Position numbers and translations under genes: made by a program. The notes beneath the pieces are model-generated. The model did not search any database, was not told the origin of the DNA, and was given only the letters and a program-made list of their open reading frames with translations. A stretch of 64,000 bases of DNA from Euprymna scolopes (lineage: Eukaryota), in NCBI GenBank assembly GCA_053919585.1, contig CM132796.1; one strand, 5' to 3'. Each line of letters starts with the position of its first letter. Positions within the stretch are counted from its first letter, which is position 1. Of the stretch, positions 26,335 through 38,804 are shown one piece after another.

Positions 26335-26338
<4 letters not shown>
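23113..26338 (-). mobile_element. 5'-truncated Naiad-type Penelope-like element with 207-bp inverted pseudo-LTR
   Basis: Arms 23201-23407 / 26132-26338, (TA)n on both sides, contains ORF 25250-26140. Confidence 0.85.
25250..26140 (-). CDS. C-terminal part (thumb, Cys linker, GIY-YIG endonuclease) of a Naiad-type PLE ORF, open but 5'-truncated
   Basis: SNHPP, IIWFTPP, CNC....CP....C, VVY...YIG, FKNRF..H, CPLCLSEK...LLN...E...CKH. No stop over 296 codons. The annotated start lies in the inverted arm, so it is not a real start. Confidence 0.8.
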   Translation of the reverse strand: MRSNHPPSIIKHIPLSIESRISNNSSNEVTFNDCKAIYNTALKNSGYKDIEIKYKVTNTSTNGSRNRGRKIIWFTPPSNIMLKTKLGTKFLQLIDKHFPPNNILHKIFNKNTLKLSYNCSDNLERIIKKHNGRILKTTNREDENNSANTAVNKCNCKKPEECPIKNGCLPSSVVYQARIFPVENPRDERFYIGSTQMTFKNRFYGHTRSMSNQTYEKDTSLSLYYWKLVRENKTPSIEWKIIRRANTCHSLNSPCPLCLSEKLEITRFKYREKLLNIKKETAISCKHFRIHALKEL

Positions 26339-26381
<43 letters not shown>

Positions 26382-26385
<4 letters not shown>

Positions 26386-26595
26386 TTGGGCAGAAGTAAG
26401 AAATGTAGTTGTTTTATAAATAATCAGAAAACATGACATTTTATTGGAAATGAGATCACTTGTTAGTCTAATTGTTTATTCATAAAGGTTTGACATTTTA
26501 TAAAATAAAAACAAGTGTGCATTATGATTTGTTTTATCTGATGTAAAATTTCGGTGATGCAAAATGTCAGAAATAATACTTATTTCTGACCCAAC

Positions 26596-26598
<3 letters not shown>
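26382..26598. mobile_element. Tc1/mariner-type MITE in (TA)n
   Basis: Imperfect TIRs aggttgggcagaagtaag / cttatttctgacccaacct, flanked by TA repeats, no ORF. Confidence 0.6.
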
Positions 26599-26660
<62 letters not shown>

Positions 26661-27569
26661 GTCTGTCTGCCTGCATATTTTCAAACTCTATCTCTACTGA
26701 AACAAAAATTCGCAGAGCGGCACTAGGAGCCTCAAATTATTGTAATTTTTACAGATTGTTGTTTTATGGTTCTTAGTCGATTAAGGTAATTTTTAAGGGG
26801 TCGAAAATTGAAAAAATCGTCATATATTTTGCACATTCATCTTAGTTTATTTTTTTATTTTTGATTTTCGATCAGTTCATATGCGTTTCACGTTGATAAA
26901 GTGGTAACGTCACCAGCTTTGGATGCTACAGTTTCGATTTTAATTGATGGCACCGAAATACTTTATTTTTTATCTTTTGAAAGCACGACTCTACAATAAT
27001 ATATACGAAATCTGGACCAATGAAAATATCATATTTTACGGCCGGGCAAAGTCGACGCCCCCACCTCTCGCTAATAGAACTATAAATATATTTACGTATT
27101 TCGTCTTTCTACGACTCATAAGAGTAGCATAACCTAACGAGATTAAACATCGATTCCAGAGACTGAGTTCGCTGCGCTGCCATTGAGCCAAACCCTTCTA
27201 CTCGAAGGAATGTATCGCTTTTATGGATGTAATTTATTTGTTTATTTTATTTATGATACTTGAATGAATTCAATTATTTATATGGAAAACATTTTATGAA
27301 AATGCTAGATGGAAATATTTTTCTCGGCAATAATTACCCATGGACACGTGTTACGTTTTCTTACGCCTCATCATCAACATTCAGCCACATTAATGACTCG
27401 TAAGACAACGAGAAACGCGTCCGAGGGTATATATTACTTAAAACACACACACTGCTTTCCATGTGGTGACACTACCTTGTGGGAGGAAAAATTATTCTGC
27501 CTTGCAGTTTGGTAAATTGTTTATTCTATAAACAGTTAAATTCTCAAAATAGATAGCAAATGCAATACA

Positions 27570-27619
<50 letters not shown>

Positions 27620-28624
27620 ATTCTGTGAAAATATTTTTTATTCACTTATATTTCCTTTTTATATGTAGCAATCCTTATTTAAGAAGCTCAATGTAGTTAC
27701 AGAGCATATAATGAATAAATGACAAATGTCTATATTCCAAGTTTCATGACGTTGGCCTTATACAATTTATTCGTTTAATTCAGTTGACACACACACACAC
27801 ATATATCTGTATATATATATACATATGTATATACATACATATGTATATATGTGTGTGTGTGTGTATGTGTGTATAAGGAACTGTGTGAGTCTTTGAGCAT
27901 GTTTCCTGAGAACTCGAAAATGGCTGTCGATTTTTATGAATTTAACACGATAATGAGCACTGACACAGTCCTACTGCTACCGATCTCTCCCTGCTTCTGG
28001 CTGTAATTTACTAGGTTGCTAAAATAAAGGATGGCCAACGATACAAAGGAAATAAAGGGGCAGCTTAAAACAAAGAAGAGGGAAACCGCTATTCAATCAC
28101 CCAGAACAGAACTAGTATTATAGCAATCAATATTAGAACTATCTGCAAAAATGATGAAGATGTAAATATTATTGCTTGAAAGCTCGTTGTAGATTAAACG
28201 TGTTTTTGGTTTTTGTTTATTGAGGGTTTTTTTGGTGGGGGGGTGTTTTTTTTTGTTTTTTTTTTTTGTTTTTTGTTTTTTTGTGTGATTCTTTTTTAAA
28301 ACAAAAAAGAAAGAAGTACGACATATTGCTTATTTGGTGATGATATGAAAATTCTCTAAGCGGTTACGGTTTGCAAGTGATCTTTAAAATACATTGCTCT
28401 ATTTTTCTGCCAAATACGATTTTTCATTTTAAAAAATCGCTGTGGTTTAGTGGTACAGTGTGAATTTCTTCAATATATATGTTTTTATATAATGATCTGT
28501 TTTTTTATATAATAATTGCGACCTTTGTTTTTAATTTTTAAATAATATCTGGGTGCGAAAACCGAGGTGCTTGATTTATAAAATGCATTGTATACTTCTT
28601 GCTTTTACTTTTTAAATATGATAT

Positions 28625-29190
28625 ACAGGCAGGGATACCCGACGTTACCCGGGATTGAATAATGATCACCGAATATTTCACACTCCTATATTTTTATTTT
28701 CATCGAAATCAATGAGATCGCTCGAGAGGAAGCTTCACATGCCTCCATGCAGTAACTTAGTCTAAAATATTTGTTATTCTGCATTGCACTGTAGAGAACC
28801 TACTGTTTTTTTATAAAAAAATTTTCATATAAACTTCTTTCCAGTTAACGAAAAAGAAATTTACGTGCGGGGTTTGAACCTATAGACCACGTCATACAAC
28901 AACAACAAAACGCTATCAACTTACCCACAGAAGAATTTTCTCGACCCGTTGTTCTATTATTGTTGCTAAGCGACGACATGGAAAAGTGGCTTTACTGATG
29001 ATAGATAAATTGAAATAACGGTTTCCATTATCGATTGTCGATAATTATCGGGGTATTCTAGCACAAAACTTAACTAAGATCACTCTAAAGTTCTGTAAAT
29101 TTTAAAGAAAATCAGTTCAACCGTTTCGGAGTCTATAAGGAACGAATTCATACGCACAAAGACAAAGTTGCATTTATATAATTGTAGAGA
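28625..29190 (-). mobile_element. Helitron-like non-autonomous repeat
   Basis: Hairpin cccgacgttacccggg near one end and ...tttatataattgtagagat at the other, resembling the other Helitron-like pieces. Confidence 0.35.
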
Positions 29191-30059
29191 TATTTGCGTT
29201 TTAAAGAATATTATTTTTGTAACTTTCCTTCTAATTCTCATCTGACGACGACATCGAAAAGGCATTTCTTTCGTTTTTTTATGTAAAATGTGATATAACA
29301 AAAAATATCTTTTTAATGTGCATCGTACACATCATCATTTTACTTTTGTGTTTTTACGTACGGAATACGTTTATTTTTAATATGATATACGACTTTTTGT
29401 GTAAGCAATGAACTCATATTTCAATCACATAAATTATTTTTAAACTTTTAGATCTCAAACCGTAATATTTTACTGTTTATTTCTCAGCGCGAGCAATAAA
29501 TATGAATGGTGTTTACGATATCGTGGAGTCATATATTTCGTACACATTCTATTAAAAACTGAATCTAAAATAATTTGTATTTTTGTCGGCTAAAACTTAT
29601 GAATTTCTTCACATTTTCTTGAAGCATAAAACTATGTGAATTATTGTTATCTTATAATTTTAAAGACAGTAATCATTATTGTTTTTCTTTTTTATAAATG
29701 TAGTGAATATGCAACTTTAAAAAATGTTTATGTTCATGGTTATATATCTAATGATACTGCCGTCGATTTCGACGTATGTACTCTGCCACAACAACTAAGT
29801 TGTTCAGAAACACATACAGATAATTTGTTTATACCGGTAAAGTATATAAAAGCCAAGTACGTCCAAAGATGAAGCATTGCTGCCACATCTGGGTAGGAGC
29901 TGCTAAAAAAAACTATCCTGCCTTCACATAGTACAAAATAGACTTCGTAGCCTGGTGAGGGATGACCTTTTCTCTTCCCTGCAACCTCTCTCCCACAGAA
30001 GAGAGGTTGGTAGCCTGTCTTTGTTTTATCGTTACTTCCATGGCAAGTGCTCATCTGAG

Positions 30060-30436
30060 CTCCAATCTCTGGTCCCCCCTCGACAATCTTTCACGAAAAA
30101 CACCCGTCTAGCTTAAACCACGGTCAATAATTTTCCCCATTTTTTATCTGTGCCTAAATCAAAACGTAGATTCCATGAACAAAGGTTCTTTCTTAGAAGT
30201 GCACGCCTGTGGAAGTCTCTTCCATTTGCCTGTTTCCCATCTGACTACAACTTGGATGTCTTCAAGTCCAACATCAAAAAATTCCTGATAAACCGCCCCC
30301 TTAAGTAAGACACTTTATCAAATCTCCATTACTAACGATTACTACGATATTATCCTATTGATTACTGTACACGCAATAACTCTTATCCCCGAGTGGCTTC
30401 CGGGCCGTGATAAATTGTGACTACCACGTAAAAAAG
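30060..30436 (+). mobile_element. 3' end fragment of LINE family 1
   Basis: Aligns by eye with 12670-13030 (cgtagattccatgaacaa...ccccttaagtaa...gagtggc...gtaaaaaa). Confidence 0.85.
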
Positions 30437-30639
30437 TATATGTGCATAACCAACCACATTTTTGGTACAACTGCTAATCTCAGTCGGTGCAAGGGCACAC
30501 AATAGACCTCAGGTTTTACAACAAACTGTTCCTTTTCCTTGGTGCATGTATTAACGAAGACTGAGGGTCCATCTCTCCCAGTCGATTAAACGCGCATCCA
30601 GACACCAACTCGGAACTTCCTACGTTCCGGCGCGGTACA

Positions 30640-30713
30640 TACAGCGCCTAGCATTCCACGATGATCACCCATGTGATACTGGCCAGGTTCATCGTTGCTT
30701 AACTTCAGCGATA
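30640..30713 (-). pseudogene. Partial 5S rRNA-derived sequence (possible SINE3 head)
   Basis: Reverse complement contains gaagttaagcaacg...tgggtgatc...ggaatgctaggcgctgta, matching the 5S internal control region and 3' end. Confidence 0.6.
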
Positions 30714-30889
30714 TTTACACATGTGTGTTTGTGCATATATATGTGTGTGTGTGTGTGTGTGTATAAATACTGTGAATTATAAAATTCTATACATATAATT
30801 ATCAATATAACTATGCTATTACATGTATGTGTGTACGTGTGTATATCCATAGGCATATACAAAGTAAGTTATAAAAATATATATGTCAA

Positions 30890-31070
30890 TTTAAGCTACA
30901 TAGACTATTCCGCGTTTCATCCCTGTGAGAATCCGTTAGGCTTATGCGAAAAGTTATAGTTATCGCGCATTTTTATATAAACTCATGGTATTTGGTTTTC
31001 TAGTTAGCCAATCAGCTTCCTAGTAGTAACCACGCCCATCCTAATCAACCAATGGTCGGACACTTACAAA
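30890..31070 (-). repeat. PLE pseudo-LTR family fragment (hammerhead-like)
   Basis: Homologous to 22415-22470 and 37600-37755. Confidence 0.6.
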
Positions 31071-34000
31071 ACGAATGTACAGTTGGCCTCAGGTTCACCC
31101 TGACACTTTGTGTGTTTTTATGAGAAGGGTAGATATCCTTTGTGCGTAGGAAGCTGGCCTACTTTCAACCTAAGTGTAGTTAGATATGTTATTTTGTGTT
31201 TTTGTTTATATTTCGGATATTATGTTAGTTTATTTATAAAATAATTTATCATATAATTATATGTTTATTTTATTTCATTTTATTTTATTTTTATTTTATT
31301 TATTTAGTTATTTGGTTTCTATTGTTAATATATTGCTATAGTAGAGTAAAGTTTATCTTGTGCACACGTGTGTGCGCTATTTTTTCCGACAGCTTGATAG
31401 ATCTTGGGGTTCTTTAAAGAATAGGATAGAAGCTTTCTTAGTTAGGCATAATCTACATGGATCGTCTAGGTCACTACTTGTACTTGCTTGTCTTATTATC
31501 TTATTATTTTCCATTCAACTATCGACGAACGCCCATTTTCTTTCAGTTCCCAGTGTTAGTGCTGTTTTCATTCGGTGTTTTTTTTTATTATTTAATGTGC
31601 TTGATGGCATGAAAAAGGAAAGCTTTTTGAAGTGATTCAAAATTGTAGAGGAAAATTAAAAATAAAATTTTTATAAATAAATTACAAGTCAATAATCATC
31701 ACTATTGATGCGAATAAATCCATAANNNNNNNNNNNNNNNNNNNNNNNNNNNNNNNNNNNNNNNNNNNNNNNNNNNNNNNNNNNNNNNNNNNNNNNNNNN
31801 NNNNNNNNNNNNNNNNNNNNNNNNNNNNNNNNNNNNNNNNNNNNNNNNNNNNNNNNNNNNNNNGCGGGGAGATTAAATAAAATAGTAAGCAAATGAAGGG
31901 ATATGAGAAGGAATTTACGAAAAGCAAATGTTTATCGTAGGCAGACAATTTTTCTGCATAGGGGTATATTTAAAGGGTCCAAGTAGGGTTCAATTTTCCT
32001 TTCTAGTATAAAAAAGGTTTGAAACAAAAATACGGCGATCAGTTCCTTTGAGACAAGCGGGAGGCAAAATAAACTCAATAAATCGAACACAATGAAATTA
32101 GCGAGAAAGAATGAAGCAAACACTTTCAAATTATCTATATATCTATAAAAACAGAGATGTGTGTCCCACAGACGGTTTCTGATTGGTTAATCCAATAATA
32201 ACATCTCTTAAAAAACTATGGTTCCTACGTTCTTAAATTTACCATAAAATATTATGCCCTTATTTATTGTCCATCTTGGAAGGGTCTATATTTTCCCTAA
32301 CTTGCCATTTACAAATTACAAAATTACGAAACTTACACCAGTCATCACAATCCAACCTCCGACACCACGTCCGCCATTCTGGCGCTAGCCGCACACACGT
32401 ACACACAACACGAAAACAAACGCTGTCCTCCAAAGGACAGACTATTAGTACTACTACCCAGCACACGCGCACACACGCACACATACACACGTTCACTACC
32501 GTCCTTGTGTACGTCACGTTGTTATGGCAACCAAGCCCACTGACTTTTCACACCATAAACACACACAGTAAATCTGATTTTCTTCATTTTCTCATTTTAT
32601 TACTTTGGTATGTTCCCGTTTATCCATTCATTTGCTTATACTTTCTTTTACTACATTTTTATTTATTTTTTATTTATTAAAGGTAAGAGAGTAATTCGGG
32701 TATGCATACTAAACTGTTAACCGTTAGTTTGCGTGTTCGATCCTGATCGATTCTACTTTTTTTTTAATTCTATTTGTTTATTAAATCCTATCCGAAGCGG
32801 GGAGGGGCTATACCCTTTCCTTCCACCTCCCCCCAAGGGTGGGTTCCTAACGGAAGGGCGTCCGATCCTCCACCCACCTACGGGCAAGCAGGGGGAGCTG
32901 GCCACCATCCCCCCACCAAAAGGGGAAGCCTGGCATTTTCTCACCCGAAAGGGGGGAGCTTGGCAGTTTCTCCCCCCAAAGGAGGGAGCCGGTGTCCCCC
33001 CAAGGGTGGGGGGGGCGAAGAGGCCAGGGGGAGGTGACTTTTTTCTTTGGAGGGGGAGAAGCCTCCAGGCACCCTCCTCCCTGAAGGATGAAAAAGATTA
33101 AGAGGAATTTTAGAGTGTAGAGGGAAGCTTTAATGAATTCTAAATAAATAAGGAGAAGCTTATTATATATAGTATGATATATAAGAATATAAATTGTCTT
33201 TAACATAGTGTTTAGATTAAGGGGTAAATGTGTTATGGTTGAATGGGGGTGTATTGCTGCTGTGTGGTGATTTATTTTAACGGTTTATGGGGTGCCTATT
33301 TTTTATGGAGCGGGTAATTTTTTATTAATATGGTGGGGGGTTATGTAAGGTTGTGAAACTGGAAGGTAATATGTTGCAATATATTTATAAGTTTCTACTG
33401 TTATGATATATGGAGTATGATCATAAGGGGGCGGTTGGAGATTAGGGTGGCAATGACTATGAGTGCGAATAACTTGATGTAAGAGGTTAAGTATACATAT
33501 TGATGTTAAAATGTGGGAGTAAGGGAATCATAGCTACTTATGAGAGTGGTAAAACATATCAAATAATAATAGGGTAATTATAATAGTACGAAAGATAATA
33601 GTAATGACAATTATAATAATAGTAGTAATAATAAGGTTGGACATAAATTAGATGCAAAATTAAATATGAAAAAATTAAATATCAAAAACAAAAATTAATA
33701 TTAAGAAGAATAGGATAAAATAAATAAAATAAAAATAAAGGCAAAATTAAAAGTAAACATTAAATTTAAACATTACATAACGTCGCCACAACCATTGCCA
33801 ATAATAATAATGTAAGTACTGTTAATATTAAATTATTAGGGGTGCGTAAAAGAAAAGGATACTGACAGGTGGGAGGGGGGTTAAACTAGCAGGAAATGGG
33901 GTTTAGGGGTGAGGGGTGATTGAACTCGTATAAATAAAGTAAAATAGAGAATATATATATATATATATACTATATACGCATACACATACATATATCCGTA

Positions 34001-35619
34001 TTAAAAAAAATGGATGTAGAACCAGCCGGGAAAGCGTAAATGCTCGTGGGTTTAAATTAAAGGGTTGCTTCATTGGGAACGGTAAATTTTAAGCGTTCAC
34101 TAAAAAACTTTAAATTTCCTGAAGTTCGATTAGAAGGCCATCAAATTTATGTTTATATAGGCAGGCCCGGCCTAGAAAGTTGAATACATACTTTTTCGTT
34201 TATGAACACGAGGTACAGGTCAATCGAATCGCCATAACTGCTTATGTAGTAGTATTAATCTCCAAGAGATCCAAAAGTATAGTTTATAGCAGTCCTTTAA
34301 ATTTCCATATTTCTTCACGATTCTCTTTTTTTCTTTCTCCAAATGTTTTTTGGGGTTGGTCTTTCGTGGATGTTATTGTCTGGTGAATTTTATTCCTCCT
34401 AATTTGGCTGGCGAAAAACTGTATTTTTTCAGCGGAGGCTCTTGTGATGGACATTGTCCAATGCTGGAGTAGTTCAACTGTGTTCAAATCTAGGTTATAT
34501 TATCAGTAGGGGTTAGCATGTGGGTGGAACGCATTGCTGGTAGTCGGAGGGGGTAGGATAGGGATGGGGATATGTCTGTATGGGTGACGGGGTGGGGTGG
34601 GTAGAATAGGGATGGAGCTTTTCTTAGGTTATATTTTCGGTACATTTAAAAGTTTTAATGTGATACTACTGGGTAGGGGTTAAATGTAAATCAAATACGC
34701 TGATTTTTAAATAGTTTCATATTGGGGGGGGGGCTCGCCAGTGGGGTTTAGGGGTGGTGGATAGATAGTTCTAAATTTAGGTTTTAAGTCTTTAGCCCTG
34801 TGAGGTGGTTTCTAAGATATATTTTCATTGGGCCTGCGTTTTATATTGTTTAGGTTATATTCTCGTTGCATCTAGTACTAATTGGTGATTTGGTTGCAGT
34901 TTAACAGGTGGTATTAAGCGTACATGTTTACGGGGGTAGGGTTTGTTAGATAAAGTTGTTTATGGGTTTATGATTAAGGCTGATATATTGTTAATTAGGC
35001 ATTGCCAAAATGCAGGTTATTCTAGGTTGGAAATTTATTTAAAATTATGTAAAATTATGTAAAGGTTGTGTGTTCAGAGGGTGTGCTTATATCTTATATT
35101 AAGGGTTGAAGTTTTTTATGGCGATTTTTTTCAGATCGTGGGAGATTATAGGTGGTTTAAAAAAAGATGTTTAGTTTTGGGTGTTGTCCAATTGTTCTAT
35201 ACTAGGGGAAATGGTTAGTGATGGATATTGTTGCAATTTATGGATGTCGAGGAGGCGCAATAATCTAGTTCCTGTCCGGTGGTGCATTTTCAGTAAATGC
35301 AATTAACCCCACTGAAAATGCAAGATATAAGCACACCCTCTGAACACACAACCTTTACATAATTTTACATAGTCTTAAATAAATTTCCGGTGGAGTAGCT
35401 GACATTAATGTGTGTGTGTGTGTGTTTTTTGTTTGTTTCTTTTTAGCGTGCGAATATGTACGGCTTTCCTGTTAATTCTCTGCACCTACATAATATACGC
35501 TTGTTGAAATACCTACCGTAAAACAAATCCAGTTCATCAACAGCATGCTTTATTTAGAAAATCCAGTGCATCGGTTTTGGAGATAGAGCGACATAGGTGG
35601 GTTTGGTGTAGCAGGGTCG

Positions 35620-36480
35620 ACAGCGAATAAATCTATGACATGCATCTGGTTTGGGTTGACTCATCCCCTTTTCTCTATTATCTCTGTGCCTCTCGCTTGT
35701 TTATATTGACCAAATTATTCGTTTCTTTATCTAGAATTGAGGTCACACATCGGTTAAATATTGAGCAAACTAATGAAGTTTTCCAAGGTGTGGAGAAGTG
35801 TTTTTACTTAATACAGCAATCAAACAGTTTTGTAAGAATAGGTGCTAGTTCCGGTTCAATTTATGGGACGTATTTCATCATTGTTGCGTTTCCTATTCTT
35901 CGGATAAAATGGTGTTTTCTCGGTTCGTCTGATTCCAAAAACCCGACAATATTTTACAGTGTTCATTTTTACACTGTATCTTGCTGCGGTGATTAGCCGT
36001 TTTGTGTTTTGCGTTATGTATTTTTCTAATTCTTTTTATGCCATTCACAGTTTGCTATACAAACCAATCCTCTTCCTCCATCTTTCATTTTCACGGAGTG
36101 TGAGTCAGCATACGTTTCCTCGTCTTATGATCGAGATGCCTCAGTTATTCTTTAGTTCGGGCTAGTTACGGTTCAGAGTGTCTTATTAATGTTATTGCCT
36201 AAATTCCTTTTATTAGGTTTCCTCTGTATGATAATTTTTTAGGATATTTCTTGTTCTCCTTAGGTATTCTTTTCTAATTTTCTCTTTCATTCTAATTTTC
36301 TCTTTCATTTCTGTCTATGTGATGGTGTCTGCTTCCAGAACTCACAAATACTTGTAGCTTTTGTGTTAGCATAGTGCCTTCAGGTTTCCTTGGTTAAGTA
36401 ATTTCATGTCCCCAGCTGTCTCTAATATTGCATATTATTCAATTTTGAATTCCATTCGGATATCGTGGCTAAAGATTCGG
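35620..36480 (-). mobile_element. Heavily decayed R4/Dong-like non-LTR RT fragment
   Basis: Minus-strand pieces read RIFSHDIRMEF, YKYL*VLEADTI..EMKEKIRKEYLRRTR, NLIKGI. The family assignment is from memory. Confidence 0.55.
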
Positions 36481-36499
36481 TCTGTGTTTCAATTTTATG

Positions 36500-36630
36500 A
36501 TATGCGAGTGACCTCCCTTGGATTTAGCTTCATTGTCGAATACCATTAGAATAATATACAATCATTGTTATAATATGCGAGTGACCTCCCTTTGATGTAG
36601 CTTCGTTGTCGAATACCATTAGAATAATAT
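36500..36630. repeat. ~70-bp tandem duplication
   Basis: atatgcgagtgacctccctt...gtcgaataccattagaataatat occurs twice head to tail. Confidence 0.85.
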
Positions 36631-37329
36631 GCAATATATCGTTTCAATTCCTACACATACTGGATTGTTGTATCATTTTCCACTAGCGAGTGCCCATTTT
36701 CTTGGAGCTTCCAGTAGTAGTTCGCTATTGTTGTTTTTATTTGGCGTTTTACGTTATTGAATATGCTTTTTTGGTGTAATATCTAGTTTTAAAATCTTGG
36801 AAGGCCATACTTACGTAATATTTACTTGGCAAATAGTGTGGCCTAGTAAACGATGTTTTTGGCATTTAATTTGTAGTGGACAGGGCGTTCAAATTCTACA
36901 GTTAGAATTTTTCTGCTCATGGTTAGCGTTTTTTATTTTTATTGTAGTGGTTGGTATTTGCTTTTGGGTTGTTATTATTTATAGCGGTTATATTTTTGTT
37001 GTGTGTTTAATGTTCCTTTATTAATAATTTTGATATTATTAACCCCAATGATCCTAACGTTTTACAGCAACTATACAGAAGTTTAAGAAAATTTTTATTA
37101 AAGTTTTGTGTAAGGGTAAAAGTTTTTCGATGAGAATTTCCTGTCGAGTTTGTATTTAGCATTTGATTATAGGGCATTGTACACCAAATTATATTTCTTT
37201 TGTTTCTATTTTTTAGTCTTCTAATAAATATGGCTAGTAATTAGTTTTTACTAAGGTTTAGAGTGACATCTCAAAAATTATTATTTTTATGTTATTTACG
37301 TCTAAGCTTTTCATTCTCATTTATATAAT

Positions 37330-37375
<46 letters not shown>

Positions 37376-37479
37376 AAGAAATAAATGATATTATATGCAC
37401 ACATATATCAGAAATTATAGTGTGTGTATATTTATGTATATATATATATATATATATATATTTATAATTACTTAATTTA

Positions 37480-37755
37480 ATCACATAAATAAATATACAA
37501 AGATATACTTTTATGCGTAAATTTTTAGTATTTACTTCAACAGTGCTCAATACATAGGTAGAGCTAGGTAGTAAGTCATGTAAATACATACGATAATTAG
37601 GCCACACAGAATATTCCGCGTTTCATTCTCCTGAGAATTCGTCAGGCTTATGTGAAAAATTGTGGTTATCGTGCGTTTATATACGTACATGCTATTGAGG
37701 TTTTTGTTAGCCAATCAGCTTTCTAGCTACCACCGCGCCCATCCCAATCAGCCAT
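37480..37755 (-). repeat. PLE pseudo-LTR/tail fragment with hammerhead-like core
   Basis: Minus strand: CTGACGA-attct-cagg-agaat-GAAA-cgcg (~37617-37646), then GCTCTACCTATGTATTGAGCACT (37542-37564) and (TA)n. Confidence 0.7.
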
Positions 37756-38729
37756 AGAAAAAGCTTTTGAATCGGTTTTTGGCCGGAAATTTGGCTGCTA
37801 AGGGGTCAAAGTTCAAAAGATTTTATCTTTGTGGTCACTACATTTGAACAACATTTGAAATTTTACATAAATGGTATTCAGTCATGCAGCAAGCTTTTTA
37901 ATCGGTTTTGGGTGAAAGTTTGACTGTCAAGAGGTCAAAGGTAAAAGAGTTGACCTTTGCAGACTCTACCAAACTCCTCCGTCAATTTTGGGTCTAAAAA
38001 TTTGAAATTTTAGATGTAGGTTACCTGGACATAAATCAAACCTTCTAATATATATATATACACATGTGCACAGAAACTAATGAACAGTACATAGGGTCGG
38101 AGCCAAACTAGGCTGAACTGCTAGTTAAAAATAAAGTAAGATAAATCTACGAAATGTTTAACGACATTTTAAATTTTGACCAATTTTTAATCCAATTATA
38201 ACCAGCTAAAAAAAAAAAACATAAGAAAAGGGTCTGTAAAAAAAATCAATCATTTGAGATTTCTAGAGCCCGTCTGCGACTTTTAGTTTCGGAGAAGATA
38301 GAGTTTGAAAATATGGAGGCAAACATACAAACAGACAGACCGACAGACAGACAGAGCGACAGACAGACAGACAGATATATAGCCGTTTATATATAATATT
38401 AAAGTGTACCCAATATATAGTAGTGATTTCAGAAGTGAAAATATCTTTTATGCCATCACTTAGAATCGAAATTAAAATATATAGCTCTTCAGCCTTATTC
38501 ATTACTATCTTAGCTAACAACAGATATTTATCAGAACATTAAAAATTAACCTAATTTTTCGTATAAATGTATATTTGTTCAGTTTTGATTCCTTAGCAGC
38601 TATTCTTTCGTCTAAAAACCAAGAGGAATTTATTCCACATCCAAATTCCTTATATATAACATTTCTAGTCTGTAGATGAAAAATATACAGTGTAGTTTGG
38701 TAGAGACTGTTTCTCATGCAGACATGATC

Positions 38730-38796
<67 letters not shown>

Positions 38797-38804
<8 letters not shown>

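Noticed and set aside
32686-32755. tRNA-Asn gene (ctGTTaa loop, gttcgatcc)
   Set aside because: Acceptor and D stems do not pair. At most a decayed tRNA-derived repeat, like similar stretches near 7380, 40950 and 61260.
32733-33206. Overlapping Gly/Pro-rich ORFs
   Set aside because: They are open only because G/C runs lack stop codons. No recognisable domain.
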